This document shows, one piece after another, positions 44,898-55,551 of a DNA stretch of 64,000 bases; the stretch's first letter is position 1, and each line of letters begins with the position of its first letter. Location: positions 259,539 to 323,538 of IMG/VR virus record IMGVR_UViG_3300028888_000044; one strand, given 5' to 3'. The notes under the pieces are model-generated. The model was not told the origin of the DNA and ran no database searches. It saw nothing but the letters and a program-made list of their open reading frames with translations. A program made the translations under genes and the position numbers. The DNA is from a virus. Its lineage: Duplodnaviria; Heunggongvirae; Uroviricota; Caudoviricetes.

Positions 44898-45426
44898 ACT
44901 TATTACATTGATTATCCTTATAATTGTTAGTTTTGGATATGGCATATATAGCGCAGTTCAATTGGATAATGTAAATGAGAAAATGGACGTTGAATGTATT
45001 GTAATGAATAAAACTAATGTGAATGTTACATTTAGGCAAATTGATTGCGACACAACATTTACTGTCCGATATGAAGACACTTCTTCTCTACCAGATAAAT
45101 CAGAAATTGTTGTTGGTAACAAAATGAAAATTAATCATTTGCTTATCCCAAATGAAGACCTTTCTGCTGAAGAAATATCATATACGATAATAGCTTTCGC
45201 AAGTCTTATTATTGGGTTTATCATTATCATCTACACTGCAACAACTAATTATGATGATTATTGGGAAAAAGATTGGTTTAGTTCTATTACAAACTACATT
45301 AATAAAAAAAAAGCAGAAAGAAATAGGTTAAATCAACAAACAAATGAAAAAAGACGTTTGAGAAATAGGCAAGTCATTGAAAGAGATATTATCATTAACG
45401 GTAAAAAATACAAATACACAATTTAA
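44884..45426 (+). CDS. 2-TM membrane protein, paralogue of 44382
   Basis: Two TM helices; ends DIIINGKKY. Confidence 0.75.
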   Translation: MLKNKLITLIILIIVSFGYGIYSAVQLDNVNEKMDVECIVMNKTNVNVTFRQIDCDTTFTVRYEDTSSLPDKSEIVVGNKMKINHLLIPNEDLSAEEISYTIIAFASLIIGFIIIIYTATTNYDDYWEKDWFSSITNYINKKKAERNRLNQQTNEKRRLRNRQVIERDIIINGKKYKYTI

Positions 45427-45487
45427 AATCACAACGAATATTGTGGCAATGAACGCAAATTCATTGCATCTTTAAACTTAGATATGT

Positions 45488-45919
45488 ATGAACACTGAAA
45501 CAGTATACAGTCTCATTGATAATTACAATTTTGGTACATTAAAAGAGAAAAATGAAGCGGAAGTGAAGCTGATTGAAATATTGCGTCCCAATATCAATAT
45601 GGTTGTGAGTGTGTATATCTTCTTTGGTTTTAGTACTTGGAAATCTTTTAATCCTACAAGTATTGGATTTGCAGCTTATGACGAAATATGCTTTGCCGAA
45701 GGGGAAAAAGAATTTTATTTTCCTATTAAATTCATTCACATTACAGAAATAGAAAATTTTTTTAGGTCATTTAAATTTGTAGAATTAAACTACTTGGGCT
45801 TGTTAATGCTTAAAAATAAAAACTCGCCATTTGTAATTAGAACCTTGAAAGATATAAAAACAAAATTAGAACTGCTTGAACTAAAAGATATTAATAATTT
45901 AAAATTGACAGACTTATGA
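45488..45919 (+). CDS. hypothetical protein
   Basis: 143-aa ORF. Confidence 0.65.
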   Translation: MNTETVYSLIDNYNFGTLKEKNEAEVKLIEILRPNINMVVSVYIFFGFSTWKSFNPTSIGFAAYDEICFAEGEKEFYFPIKFIHITEIENFFRSFKFVELNYLGLLMLKNKNSPFVIRTLKDIKTKLELLELKDINNLKLTDL

Positions 45920-46323
45920 TATTTGGAATTTTAGTAATGGTATTTTCTTTATCCCCATTTGTTATTGGAGGTCTAATCAAGTTAAACGAATGCTGGACAA
46001 AAAATTATATGCCAATTGACAGATGTAAATTGTATAAACAAGTAATTGATGTCAGATATGATATTTCACATAATTTGGTTGCTGAAAATGCTGTATATAA
46101 AATATATTCAACAACAAGTTATGGTTTGAGATTCTATTTGAAGTTAACTAAATATGGCAAAGAAATACTAGAAGGAGATAAGAGACCTAATATTCAATAT
46201 CTATATGAATGGAGGGTATGTAAAGGATATGGTACACCATTCGAAACTGAAGAAGAAGCTAACAAAATCATCTTTATGATTAAACATACGCCAAATGCTT
46301 TTATGTCAATAACTAAAAACTGA
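45916..46323 (+). CDS. membrane-anchored hypothetical protein
   Basis: N-terminal TM; C-terminal FETEEEANKI motif similar to 62756. Confidence 0.7.
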   Translation: MIFGILVMVFSLSPFVIGGLIKLNECWTKNYMPIDRCKLYKQVIDVRYDISHNLVAENAVYKIYSTTSYGLRFYLKLTKYGKEILEGDKRPNIQYLYEWRVCKGYGTPFETEEEANKIIFMIKHTPNAFMSITKN

Positions 46324-46324
46324 A

Positions 46325-46645
46325 ATGAAAAACAATGCAAAAACGATTATAAGTAAATTTTTAAGATTCTTGAAAGATGAGGGAGCATATGAAAATTATA
46401 TTATTGCTTTCAACAAACAAGAAAATTACAAATGGCGAAATTTATTCTCAAGTATATTTACAAATAACACACAAATATATCCAGTATTAATATCAATTAT
46501 AAATAAATACAAGAATACCCATATTAAAACAAAACACACTTTTTTTCTGTCTGCTGCTTTTAACTGGAAAAGTACTTCTCAAGGTGTAACATACTGGTCG
46601 AAAATAACAGAAAAATGGAACGAATTACAATACAATGATAATTAA
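46325..46645 (+). CDS. FxRFLKD family protein
   Basis: FLRFLKDEGAY...SAAFNW...GVTYW. Confidence 0.75.
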   Translation: MKNNAKTIISKFLRFLKDEGAYENYIIAFNKQENYKWRNLFSSIFTNNTQIYPVLISIINKYKNTHIKTKHTFFLSAAFNWKSTSQGVTYWSKITEKWNELQYNDN

Positions 46646-46922
46646 TCAATTCTTACGTTTCTTAAAAGATAATAGGGTATATGATTATTATATTATCGAA
46701 TTTAATAAGGGTGACAGTTACAGATGGAGAAGTAGATATGCCTTTCCATCAGTACATAACGCACATAATTTACACGAATTCTTAAAAGAAAATTTGCATT
46801 GCCCAAATAACTTTATATTTGGTGCTTTTTCTTGGAGTTCATCTAACAAAATATCTTATCAATCATGGTATGAATTAAGTGTCAAATGGCAAAACGAAAT
46901 ATACAGTCTTATAAAGACCTAA
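46635..46922 (+). CDS. FxRFLKD family protein
   Basis: FLRFLKDNRVY...GAFSW. Confidence 0.75.
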   Translation: MIINQFLRFLKDNRVYDYYIIEFNKGDSYRWRSRYAFPSVHNAHNLHEFLKENLHCPNNFIFGAFSWSSSNKISYQSWYELSVKWQNEIYSLIKT

Positions 46923-46927
46923 TCAAA

Positions 46928-47227
46928 ATGGATGTTAAAGACATCAAAAACATATTTTTCAGATTTCTGAAGGATAATAATGCCTATGAGAAATATGTAT
47001 ATAATTTCAGTCAAGATGTTCAATCAAAATGGAGAGAATCGAAAAAAATATTAATTAACAGCAAATCTCTAAATCTTTGGATAGAACAAAATTTAATTAA
47101 TTCAAACAATAAAAAGATAACAGAACTTATTTCTAGTGCATTCCTTTGGTGTCATACAAGTGAATGGGCTACTTTTTGGGCAGATATTGATATTAAATGG
47201 AAGAGAGAAATAAAATACTATATGTAA
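46928..47227 (+). CDS. FxRFLKD family protein
   Basis: FFRFLKDNNAY...SAFLW...FW; start moved from 46886. Confidence 0.75.
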   Translation: MDVKDIKNIFFRFLKDNNAYEKYVYNFSQDVQSKWRESKKILINSKSLNLWIEQNLINSNNKKITELISSAFLWCHTSEWATFWADIDIKWKREIKYYM

Positions 47228-47279
47228 TAAAATTTGCATATTTTAACTATTAAAATTTGCATATATCAAAAATCTTCAT

Positions 47280-47312
47280 TACCTTTGCACCATCAAAAAA
47301 AAATATAAAATT
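47280..47312 (+). promoter_or_regulatory. promoter/leader cassette, copy 1
   Basis: TACCTTTG-CACCATCAAAAAAAAATATAAAA, repeated at 48193. Confidence 0.7.
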
Positions 47313-48083
47313 ATGATTATTTCAAAAATTGTAGGTATTGACTGTATTGTTGAAACAACGCCAAACAAAGAGCGTCTAGCAGTATTCTATAAAACCGATA
47401 ATGGTTTACTTCATAACCTAATTGGAAAGGATAATAAGCCATTGTGCGATTGTTGGTTTGATGCAATGGATGATTTTCACAATGGTTTTGCTATCGTTTC
47501 CAAGAACGGCAAGTACAATTACATTGACTACAATGGTAAACTGCTTCTTCAAGAAAGTGTTTATTTTGCATATCCATTTAAAAATGGTGTTGCAATCATT
47601 CGAAAGAGTCAAGATGAATACAACATCATTGACAAAAATGGAAAGTATTTGCTTGATGAAGATTTGAATGAGATTAGTGATTGCGGATTCTTGTGTGCTA
47701 GAAAAGGCAATTTATGGAACATCATTGACATCAATGGCAATTTTGTATTTGATGAATGGTATTCTAGAATTGAAGAAATTGAAGACGCACGCAATTATCT
47801 TGTCATAACCAAAGATGAAAAACAAAACATCATTGATATTAATTCAAAAGAATTCGTGTCAAAAGAATGGTTCGACAATATTGACACTCTTTCATACTAT
47901 TATGGTTGGATTCGTGTGTCTTTAAACAACAAAACCAACTATTTTTCGGTTGAAACCAAGAATTTCATATCTGACGAATGGTTTGATGGATGCAAATATT
48001 TTAAGAATTGCTTGTGCCTTGTTAAAACAAATGGCGTTCAGAAAATGATAGACACAAACGGCAATGTATGTTTCACATTTTAA
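47313..48083 (+). CDS. WG-repeat protein
   Basis: WFDAMDDFHNGFAIV...KYNYIDYNGKLL repeats. Confidence 0.85.
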   Translation: MIISKIVGIDCIVETTPNKERLAVFYKTDNGLLHNLIGKDNKPLCDCWFDAMDDFHNGFAIVSKNGKYNYIDYNGKLLLQESVYFAYPFKNGVAIIRKSQDEYNIIDKNGKYLLDEDLNEISDCGFLCARKGNLWNIIDINGNFVFDEWYSRIEEIEDARNYLVITKDEKQNIIDINSKEFVSKEWFDNIDTLSYYYGWIRVSLNNKTNYFSVETKNFISDEWFDGCKYFKNCLCLVKTNGVQKMIDTNGNVCFTF

Positions 48084-48192
48084 CATATCAAATATTTTGT
48101 TTATATTTGCACAACAAAAAAAATATTTGAAAAAACAAAAATGTTTTAATAATTTTTAACAAAAAAAATTTGTTTTTCATATTTTAATGTAT

Positions 48193-48226
48193 TATCTTTG
48201 CACCATCAAAAAAAAATATAAAACAT
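48193..48226 (+). promoter_or_regulatory. promoter/leader cassette, copy 2
   Basis: TATCTTTG-CACCATCAAAAAAAAATATAAAA. Confidence 0.7.
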
Positions 48227-49000
48227 ATGGATAAAGAAAGATTTACCAAAGCTCAAAAACTTATTGAACAATTTAAGTTGGATATAAACTTTAAGAAAAG
48301 ACTGAAAAAAGAATATTTTGGCGATTTTCACTATAAAGGTATTGATAATGCCTATATCGAATGGATTGCTCACGGTAAAGACTATATTCACAACCAAGAT
48401 TATATTTACCTTGTAGTAACTGTAGATAAAAAAACAAGTTATTTCAACCTTCAAGGAGAACAGTTTATTGACCTTTGGTTTGATTATGCTCAAAATGTAT
48501 TTTGTGGTGCGCTTGCCAAGGTTATTATTGGCGGCAAAAGGAATATGCTCAAAACAGATTTTACCCTTCTGTGGGATAAGCCTTTGGATGAATGGTTTGA
48601 TGACATCTATACGGAAAATGCATCAGATGATTTTTCAATTGTTTCAATTGGAAATAAACGAAACATATTCATCTATGACCACATTAGTGGCGCTCTGTGC
48701 TATGATGCACCATTATCAGAATGGTTTGATAGCATCAAAAGAATGAATGTAGGAAGTAGAAAGTTGTTTAAGGTTTCAAGACTCGACCCAAAGACAAATA
48801 AGCCAAGATTTAATTTGATGCCAAAGAAAAAGAAATCAAAGTTGATTTGGGACAAACCAGTAGAACAATGGTTCAAGGATATTAACCTTACGTATGACGA
48901 GCAGAGTGGCGAAAAGAATGTTGTTCTTGTAAAGCATTCAGACAATCAGTGGAAGGAATACAATATAGACAAGAATCTTAAATTATGTAGCGTAAATTGA
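48227..49000 (+). CDS. divergent WG-like repeat protein (WFD repeats)
   Basis: LWFDY, EWFDD, EWFDS, QWFKD repeats with N-x-x spacing. Confidence 0.7.
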   Translation: MDKERFTKAQKLIEQFKLDINFKKRLKKEYFGDFHYKGIDNAYIEWIAHGKDYIHNQDYIYLVVTVDKKTSYFNLQGEQFIDLWFDYAQNVFCGALAKVIIGGKRNMLKTDFTLLWDKPLDEWFDDIYTENASDDFSIVSIGNKRNIFIYDHISGALCYDAPLSEWFDSIKRMNVGSRKLFKVSRLDPKTNKPRFNLMPKKKKSKLIWDKPVEQWFKDINLTYDEQSGEKNVVLVKHSDNQWKEYNIDKNLKLCSVN

Positions 49001-49043
49001 AACGAATAATCCAACTTATTTCAGAGGTAGCATATTATCACCA

Positions 49044-49307
49044 ATGATAGGTAAACTTGTTTCGATTCAGTATAATTGCCAAATGAGTAGAATAGGTCAT
49101 GGGAAACAGAACGGGGCTATAATCATCGGTATACTTGAATCAGCAAACGATTTGGGTGTATGTATCTCATATCCGCTCGAAATTTGTTGTAGTACAACTG
49201 TAGCCTATTCTGAAATGACTTTCATTCCAATGCATTCTATTAGTGAGCTTTACGTTTCCACACCAATAGAAACTAAAATGTATGAACGAGCAGTACCAAA
49301 CAAATAA
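49044..49307 (+). CDS. hypothetical protein
   Basis: 87-aa ORF. Confidence 0.6.
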   Translation: MIGKLVSIQYNCQMSRIGHGKQNGAIIIGILESANDLGVCISYPLEICCSTTVAYSEMTFIPMHSISELYVSTPIETKMYERAVPNK

Positions 49308-49319
49308 CAACAGTTATTA

Positions 49320-49364
49320 AAAAAAGCACTATTTTGTAAAAAAAACAATTAGTGCTTTTTTTTT
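49320..49364. terminator. terminator
   Basis: AAAAAAGCACTA/TAGTGCTTTTTT. Confidence 0.7.
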
Positions 49365-49410
49365 TAACATTTTTTAGAGAAAAAAACTTGTATATTATAT
49401 TTTTTATGTA

Positions 49411-49418
49411 TATCTTTG
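49411..49418 (+). promoter_or_regulatory. -7 promoter element TAnnTTTG
   Basis: TATCTTTG, CTTG ~20 nt upstream. Confidence 0.6.
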
Positions 49419-49613
49419 CAGTGTAAAAACATAAGAACTATCAAAATCATTTATGAAATACAGAGTATTTTGGTCTCGTTTTGCAAATGGAAAAGTCTTC
49501 ATTGAAGAAAGTTCTCATAAAACATATATTGGCGCATTATTAAAAGCATTTAAAGTTTGTTTACGTGATGACTTAATGAGTACAATTGAAATAATTAAAA
49601 ATTAAATATATCT

Positions 49614-49931
49614 ATGGGTGCAATGTATGCAAAACAACCTAACAATCTTTATTGTAGGTATTCAACAGTTTGTGATGTAATAACTGATTATAATCTTACA
49701 CCAGACGGTATTTATGCGGTAGGCAATCTATCTATAACAGATGTTGATGAATTGTTAGGTAGCGAAGAAAGCGAAGACTTCTTTTCATTTCATTTATGGC
49801 CTTTTGAATATATCAAGAATGAGCTTCGAGCGCATAAAAATGGTGGAGACCCACTGTCAAAAACCAAGAAAATGCTCAAAGAAATGGGTGATAAGGATTG
49901 GAAGTCATTTAAGTATGACAATTATGACTAA
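49614..49931 (+). CDS. hypothetical protein
   Basis: 105-aa ORF. Confidence 0.7.
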   Translation: MGAMYAKQPNNLYCRYSTVCDVITDYNLTPDGIYAVGNLSITDVDELLGSEESEDFFSFHLWPFEYIKNELRAHKNGGDPLSKTKKMLKEMGDKDWKSFKYDNYD

Positions 49932-50665
49932 TAGTTTATGCAAAGAATAAAAGACTATCCTAAAGTTTTACGCAAATCTACATCTAAAAGTTGGCTGAAA
50001 GTAAAACGAAGATTGAAAAAAGTTGCCCATACTCAATTACGTAGAGGTGCAACAAAATACAAATGCCAAGGTTTTTTTTTCCCTTGGTAGGATTATAAAT
50101 TGGAGGCAACAAAATTATGGATGATAAAAAGAGAAAGGAAGCATTAGAATTGCTTGCTGAATGTGACCAAGCCATCAGTGATGGTAACACTGACAGATTC
50201 GCCACACGTGAAGACGGTATGCGTGAAGTACTTAGTTGGTTATTGGAAGATGGTCCAAAACCTACAGTAGGGTTAGAATGGTAAAATATTTAACAGTAAC
50301 AAAATTATGGCAAAGATTAAAGCATTTGAAGCAAGACCAGTGAAAATTGACAAGGGACAAGTATTTGTAGAATACAAGACTGCACGTTGGGGAGAATGGA
50401 AGACTCATTCCAAGAAATTTAAATCTGTTACAGCAGCCAACGAATGGATTGCCACTAACATTGAACATTAATGTATTATGGCACATATTCTCAAATACAG
50501 ATGTGATTTCGAAACCAATGAATTCACAAGATGCCCATACAAAGGCAATGACATAGACCCTATATATGTGGGTTCAACTCTTTGCCATCATTGCGAACAT
50601 TGTTTGGATGATGACTTTATTACAAGCCAAGTAACGTGTAATCACGAATAAAAAAAAATAAAGAT

Positions 50666-51115
50666 ATGACTGAAGCATTAAACAAATTGACATTGCTCCT
50701 TAACAACAAGGAGATGGTTGCAGAGTTAATGAAAGACCCAGAAGTAAAGGTTAAGATTACTGATGCTATTATTGATGGTCTTTCTCGTAGAGCATTGAAG
50801 CTCGATGAAATGAAGAAACAAGTACTTGATGCAGGAAAGAAAGAAATCAAAGATATGTTTCTTGAAGGGGATTCTTGGCATCCGCATCTTAAACCTGAAT
50901 ATGCAAGTAAGATTCGCTCCATTGCCGAAGACTTCTTGAATAAAGAAGCTAGAAAAGCCGCAAAAGAAGCACTTGAGAACAACAAACTTCTTCTCCAAAG
51001 TACACTCAATAGCATTGTAACTCCAGAAAAGATTATGGAGATGCTTAAAGATTCAATTAATAAGGAAGTTCAACGCAGATTTGGCAATGCTTTTAATTCA
51101 TTTACCAATGAGTGA
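50666..51115 (+). CDS. hypothetical helical protein
   Basis: 149-aa ORF. Confidence 0.75.
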   Translation: MTEALNKLTLLLNNKEMVAELMKDPEVKVKITDAIIDGLSRRALKLDEMKKQVLDAGKKEIKDMFLEGDSWHPHLKPEYASKIRSIAEDFLNKEARKAAKEALENNKLLLQSTLNSIVTPEKIMEMLKDSINKEVQRRFGNAFNSFTNE

Positions 51116-51386
51116 TATTGTATCGTTTGAACAAGCAATGTTGCTTGCAGAACTGTATGATTTCCGTTATACTAATCAAAGCGGCAAAAGACCGCACCAC
51201 GTTTATGACCCAAAAACAGAAGAGTTGATGGATGCAGACAAGTATGATAGCTTATCAAGCCCTAAGGTATGGAACGGAAATGGGTGGTCATATCTGTGGT
51301 ATCTTGCACCCACAAAGGATGAAGCTATTGAGTTCTTAATGGGAAATATTGACACTTTGAACAAGTATATTGAAGAATATTGTTGA
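51081..51386 (+). CDS. hypothetical protein
   Basis: 101-aa ORF overlapping upstream gene. Confidence 0.65.
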   Translation: MAMLLIHLPMSDIVSFEQAMLLAELYDFRYTNQSGKRPHHVYDPKTEELMDADKYDSLSSPKVWNGNGWSYLWYLAPTKDEAIEFLMGNIDTLNKYIEEYC

Positions 51387-51411
51387 ATATTAATTAAAAA
51401 TTAATAAAATT

Positions 51412-51942
51412 ATGGAATCTTTTTGGACAAGTTATTTTATTGGTTTTATTTTGTGCTTTATTGGATGGTTAGCAGTATGCTATGTTGTACAAAAGGATAA
51501 AAACGTTCACGATAAGATGGATGATGAAACTATTGTGTTTGGAGGATTTATGGTCTCATTATTTTCTTGGATTGGTGTGGCTGTTTGGTGCGTTCTGTGC
51601 TGTCCATCTTTGTGCAAATTATTAGCCAACAGATACAAAGCTGTGTTCGGTGACAAAATATATAAAAATCTTACTGCGCAAGAAGCTTACAATATTGCAA
51701 TGGCGTATAAGCCAATCAAGGACAGAAAGGAAGAGAAAGCAACCAATAAAGAAGTTTATAGGATTTTAAAAAAGGTACGTAATACCGCAAAACATGGTGA
51801 TTGCACTATCTCTTTTGGTTACGATTTTAGTCCTCAAGTTACAAAAAAACTGTCCAATATGGGTTATCGTATATCTAATGGTACTTGGGGTTCTATTGTA
51901 AATTTTACCATTGAGGAAATAAATAAAAATAATAAACAATGA
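51412..51942 (+). CDS. 2-TM membrane protein, paralogue of 63137
   Basis: Two TM helices then LTAQEAY motif. Confidence 0.75.
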   Translation: MESFWTSYFIGFILCFIGWLAVCYVVQKDKNVHDKMDDETIVFGGFMVSLFSWIGVAVWCVLCCPSLCKLLANRYKAVFGDKIYKNLTAQEAYNIAMAYKPIKDRKEEKATNKEVYRILKKVRNTAKHGDCTISFGYDFSPQVTKKLSNMGYRISNGTWGSIVNFTIEEINKNNKQ

Positions 51943-52340
51943 TAGGAAGATATTGGACTACACTTGAGGAATCCAAGAATTTAGTCAAACTTGGTATTAA
52001 TGAGGACACATCTGATATGCATTGGGTTCTTGAAGAAACCTCACGAGAAGGAGACCCATATCCAGTTGAATATATCGATTTTAGTAAAGACTATTGGCCG
52101 TACCCAAAAGATGCAAATCATCCAGCGTGGTCATTGAATGTCTTGCTCCAATTATTCCCAAAATATTCTCTTTCCACAAACAGTTATAATCAATATTGGG
52201 ATAAGAACAATAATCAAGTTACAACCAAGTTAACAGTGTTTTTGCAAGATTATATACATACTCAATACGGCATATCAATTATGGATGTTGTATATGATGC
52301 AGTTTGTTTTCTCTTATCACAAGGAAAACTTAATACGTGA
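51939..52340 (+). CDS. hypothetical protein, paralogue of 60100
   Basis: TTLEESK..DMHW..PAWSL..LL. Confidence 0.75.
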   Translation: MIGRYWTTLEESKNLVKLGINEDTSDMHWVLEETSREGDPYPVEYIDFSKDYWPYPKDANHPAWSLNVLLQLFPKYSLSTNSYNQYWDKNNNQVTTKLTVFLQDYIHTQYGISIMDVVYDAVCFLLSQGKLNT

Positions 52341-52501
52341 TTATGGGTACTGAAGATTTTAAAAAACTACTTAACAACGCAATAGACTCTTGTAATAGAG
52401 AACTAAAGTATTCTGAAAGTGAGCTGCGAATAAATACGCTTTGGGCTGCTAGAGCTACTTTTCAAATACTTCTTGAAGAATTGGAGAAAAATACAGAATA
52501 A

Positions 52502-52700
52502 GAGGGTGCGCCTCTACTTGTGAGGTGGATGAAAAAATCCCCACGAGTAGACTACCGCCCCTAATATATATAATCGCTCGGATAGTACCGTGTGTGGTCG
52601 GCTCTAAGCATTTGTGAATGATGCTGGGTGTGAATGACGTTTGAATCGGCATTAGCCTACCACCAAAAAGGACATGATACTCAACACCTTTAAGCGGTTA
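52502..52700 (+). ncRNA. candidate structured cis element or RNA upstream of WG-repeat gene
   Basis: TCTACTTGTG/CACGAGTAGA hairpin; GTGGT-GGCT/AGCC-ACCAC three-way junction; GC-rich relative to flanks. Confidence 0.45.
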
Positions 52701-52714
52701 TTTTTTTTTATATT

Positions 52715-53566
52715 ATGGAAAAGATAATATTTTCACGGCATATAAACTTGGGTTTTAATGTTGTACAAAAGAAAATTAGTAATGATGAAACCATATGCAA
52801 CTATATGGATTCTGAAGGAAATCTTCTTTCTAATGAATGGTACTCATACTGTGACAAGTTCTATAATGGCTTCGCTGTAGTCCAACGGTTATCAGATAGG
52901 AAATACAATTATATCAATCCTAAAGGTGAATATTTGTCACCAATTTGGTTTAACGCATGTTTCCCATTCTATATCAAAGAAGGTGCTTTAATATATTGTG
53001 ACGGTAATGGTACAGCCAATATAATTGATGCTAACGGACAATTAGTGTTTAAAGAACCATTCTATAACATTATTGGTGCAGACGATGTATGGGATATGAC
53101 TGGATTACATCAATCATTAATAACAGCAGTAAATAAAGACTTACAAAGAACCATATTTAACATTAAAGGTGAACAGCTTATTAACGAATGGTATGATGAT
53201 ATAACAATATATCCACACGGAATTATCTGTGTAGAAAGAAATGAAATGCATAACTTCATTGACCTTAATTCAGAAAACAAAGAATATTTGTCAGATATAT
53301 GGTTCAATTCAGTTGTTTGTTTACATTATGATGGCTTGTTTATTGTTGGTATTAAAGACAGTAAGAATAAGTATATCTACAATATATTGACTGAAAAAGG
53401 TAAGCTTCTATCACCAAATCAATGGTTTAATCTAGTATCATCATTTGACTACCAAGATGAAGATAAACAAGAAGAATACTTGGCAAAAGTCATATTAAAT
53501 GGTAAAGTCAATTTTATGAGAAAAAATGGTGAATTTGTTAACAAGGTTTGGATTCCTATAGAATAA
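52715..53566 (+). CDS. WG-repeat protein
   Basis: EWYSYCDKFYNGFAVV...KYNYINPKGEYLS repeats. Confidence 0.85.
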   Translation: MEKIIFSRHINLGFNVVQKKISNDETICNYMDSEGNLLSNEWYSYCDKFYNGFAVVQRLSDRKYNYINPKGEYLSPIWFNACFPFYIKEGALIYCDGNGTANIIDANGQLVFKEPFYNIIGADDVWDMTGLHQSLITAVNKDLQRTIFNIKGEQLINEWYDDITIYPHGIICVERNEMHNFIDLNSENKEYLSDIWFNSVVCLHYDGLFIVGIKDSKNKYIYNILTEKGKLLSPNQWFNLVSSFDYQDEDKQEEYLAKVILNGKVNFMRKNGEFVNKVWIPIE

Positions 53567-53633
53567 TTACATCAGTTAATAAATAATTGATGTTATTTTA
53601 TTACTATTAACAATATTTTTTTATATATTCATT

Positions 53634-53969
53634 ATGACAATAGAAGAAAAACAACTACTATTTGTTGCTTTGTGCTCAATGTTGCCTTATCACCCAAACA
53701 TACATGTGTACAATGATGGATGGGAAGGTTGTATAAAAGGAGAATTTGACACAAATCTATAGACTCACCACATTGATGCCTTTTGGTGCGGTAGAATTGA
53801 AATAACTCCGTATCTTAGGTCAATGTCTTCAATGACAGAGGAAGAAAAAGACACATATGATACAATGGTTATGTGCAATGCCTCTTGGGTTGTTGATGAT
53901 TGGCTTAATGCCCATCATTTTGACTATCGAGGTCTAATTCCTAAAGGTCTTGCTATTGAAGCACCATAA
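53634..53969 (+). pseudogene. MTxEEKQLL-family paralogue interrupted by in-frame TAG (53760-53762)
   Basis: Frame continues after TAG with the family's conserved PYLRSMSSMTEEE...DWLNAHHFDYRGLI..GLAIEAP. Confidence 0.75.
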
Positions 53970-54140
53970 GTAGTTAGGACAGTTTAAGGATTATGGAATT
54001 TACAAGTAATAACCACATCATTAGAAGGAGTCCAAGTCAGAACCTTGTTTGGAAACAGACTGCACATCACCGTTTGTCTGTTTGGTGTATAGAATCTGAA
54101 ATAGCACATCTAATGATTTTAACAATATAAAACTAGTGTA

Positions 54141-54551
54141 ATGAAAGAGAAATCGTCTGTTACAACTAAAAGGTGGAGAGACAATCCACGAGCTTTTTAT
54201 ATTCAAAATAGGATTCTCGGTAGCAGCGAGAAGCGTTGGTATAATACATATGACAATTATAACATATTTGCCGATGAATCTCAAGCTAAATCTGCTATTG
54301 CTATGGCAAGAATTAGCCAAATAATGGCTAATGATGAAAGATTTGGCGGAGCTATCACTGCCAAAGAGTGGAAAAACGAAGATATACAAAAATTTGTTAT
54401 TAAGTGTGAATGTAAAACTCCATCAGTTATAGATTTTTATGCTGAATGGACATTTACAACTAAAGATTTCTTGGCATTTCACACGAGAGCACAAGCTAGA
54501 CTGTTTATAGATGAAAATGAAGACCTACTTAAAGATTATTTTATGGTATGA
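54141..54551 (+). CDS. hypothetical phage protein
   Basis: 136-aa ORF, ARISQIMANDERFGG motif. Confidence 0.7.
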   Translation: MKEKSSVTTKRWRDNPRAFYIQNRILGSSEKRWYNTYDNYNIFADESQAKSAIAMARISQIMANDERFGGAITAKEWKNEDIQKFVIKCECKTPSVIDFYAEWTFTTKDFLAFHTRAQARLFIDENEDLLKDYFMV

Positions 54552-54784
54552 AACTCTATGGATTATCAGTAGATATGAATTTCTTATGCTTCTGCTATGG
54601 CTATAATGCCTACTTTATAAAAATAAAGTGGACGAAGAATGGATTGAAGTGCTATAGAGGAAGAACTGATGCGGAACGCATCATTTTTAACCAAAGGAAC
54701 ACTCACCCTAAATGGTGGTTTCTTGGTTTTATGACAGTAGATAGTAACAAAGGATTTATAGATTACGATACTTATGATGGTTAA
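54548..54784 (+). CDS. hypothetical protein
   Basis: 78-aa ORF with ATGA overlap. Confidence 0.6.
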   Translation: MKLYGLSVDMNFLCFCYGYNAYFIKIKWTKNGLKCYRGRTDAERIIFNQRNTHPKWWFLGFMTVDSNKGFIDYDTYDG

Positions 54785-55082
54785 TTCTGCTATAATGGAA
54801 ATATTGTAAAGAAAGAAAACGATTCCTATATCATTGCCGAAAAACTACCACTATAACAAAATTAAGCATTCTAATTCCACGTGGCGTATTAAAAACTTAA
54901 AGATTATGGCAAAATATATAGAAAAAGCAACATTAGTAGCAGAGTTAGAGAAAATGCGTAGTATAAATTCAAAAAACAAATTAAATCTTGCTGCTGCATT
55001 TGAGGATAATTATCTTCTTTCTTTCATCGAAACTCTTGAAGAGAAAGAAGTGGAGCAAGATTGAAACATACACTATAATAAT

Positions 55083-55448
55083 ATGCCTATACTATATCCT
55101 AAGAGAATACGTAAAAAACTTCATTCTTTAAATCTTGAAAAAGTTAAGAAAAGCCTTGTAAAGAATGGTTATAAATTTATACGAGATGGTGGTTTTAGAA
55201 AAGATGATAAACCATTTGATTTTTGTAATTATCTGTTTTATATGCATCCAGAAACTAAAACTGCTATCAGAGTCGGTTATGATTATCCTTTATTTGGAAA
55301 TAGAAATATTATTTTTGAGATTTGTTATGCTAAAAACGACCATCAATGGTGGACAGATATTACACCTAATTTCTCACAAAATTGTTGGAAAGAAGTTAGT
55401 GATTGGTATGAAATAAAAAATGGAAAATATGTAAGAAAGTATATATAA
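55083..55448 (+). CDS. hypothetical protein
   Basis: 121-aa ORF. Confidence 0.7.
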   Translation: MPILYPKRIRKKLHSLNLEKVKKSLVKNGYKFIRDGGFRKDDKPFDFCNYLFYMHPETKTAIRVGYDYPLFGNRNIIFEICYAKNDHQWWTDITPNFSQNCWKEVSDWYEIKNGKYVRKYI

Positions 55449-55551
55449 CAATACAAAAATTATATGAATTCATTCGAAGAAATTCCATTAGAAGACCAAA
55501 TAACTGTCTATAAAAACGAAGACGGTCAAATTTGGATTGAATAAACATTTT

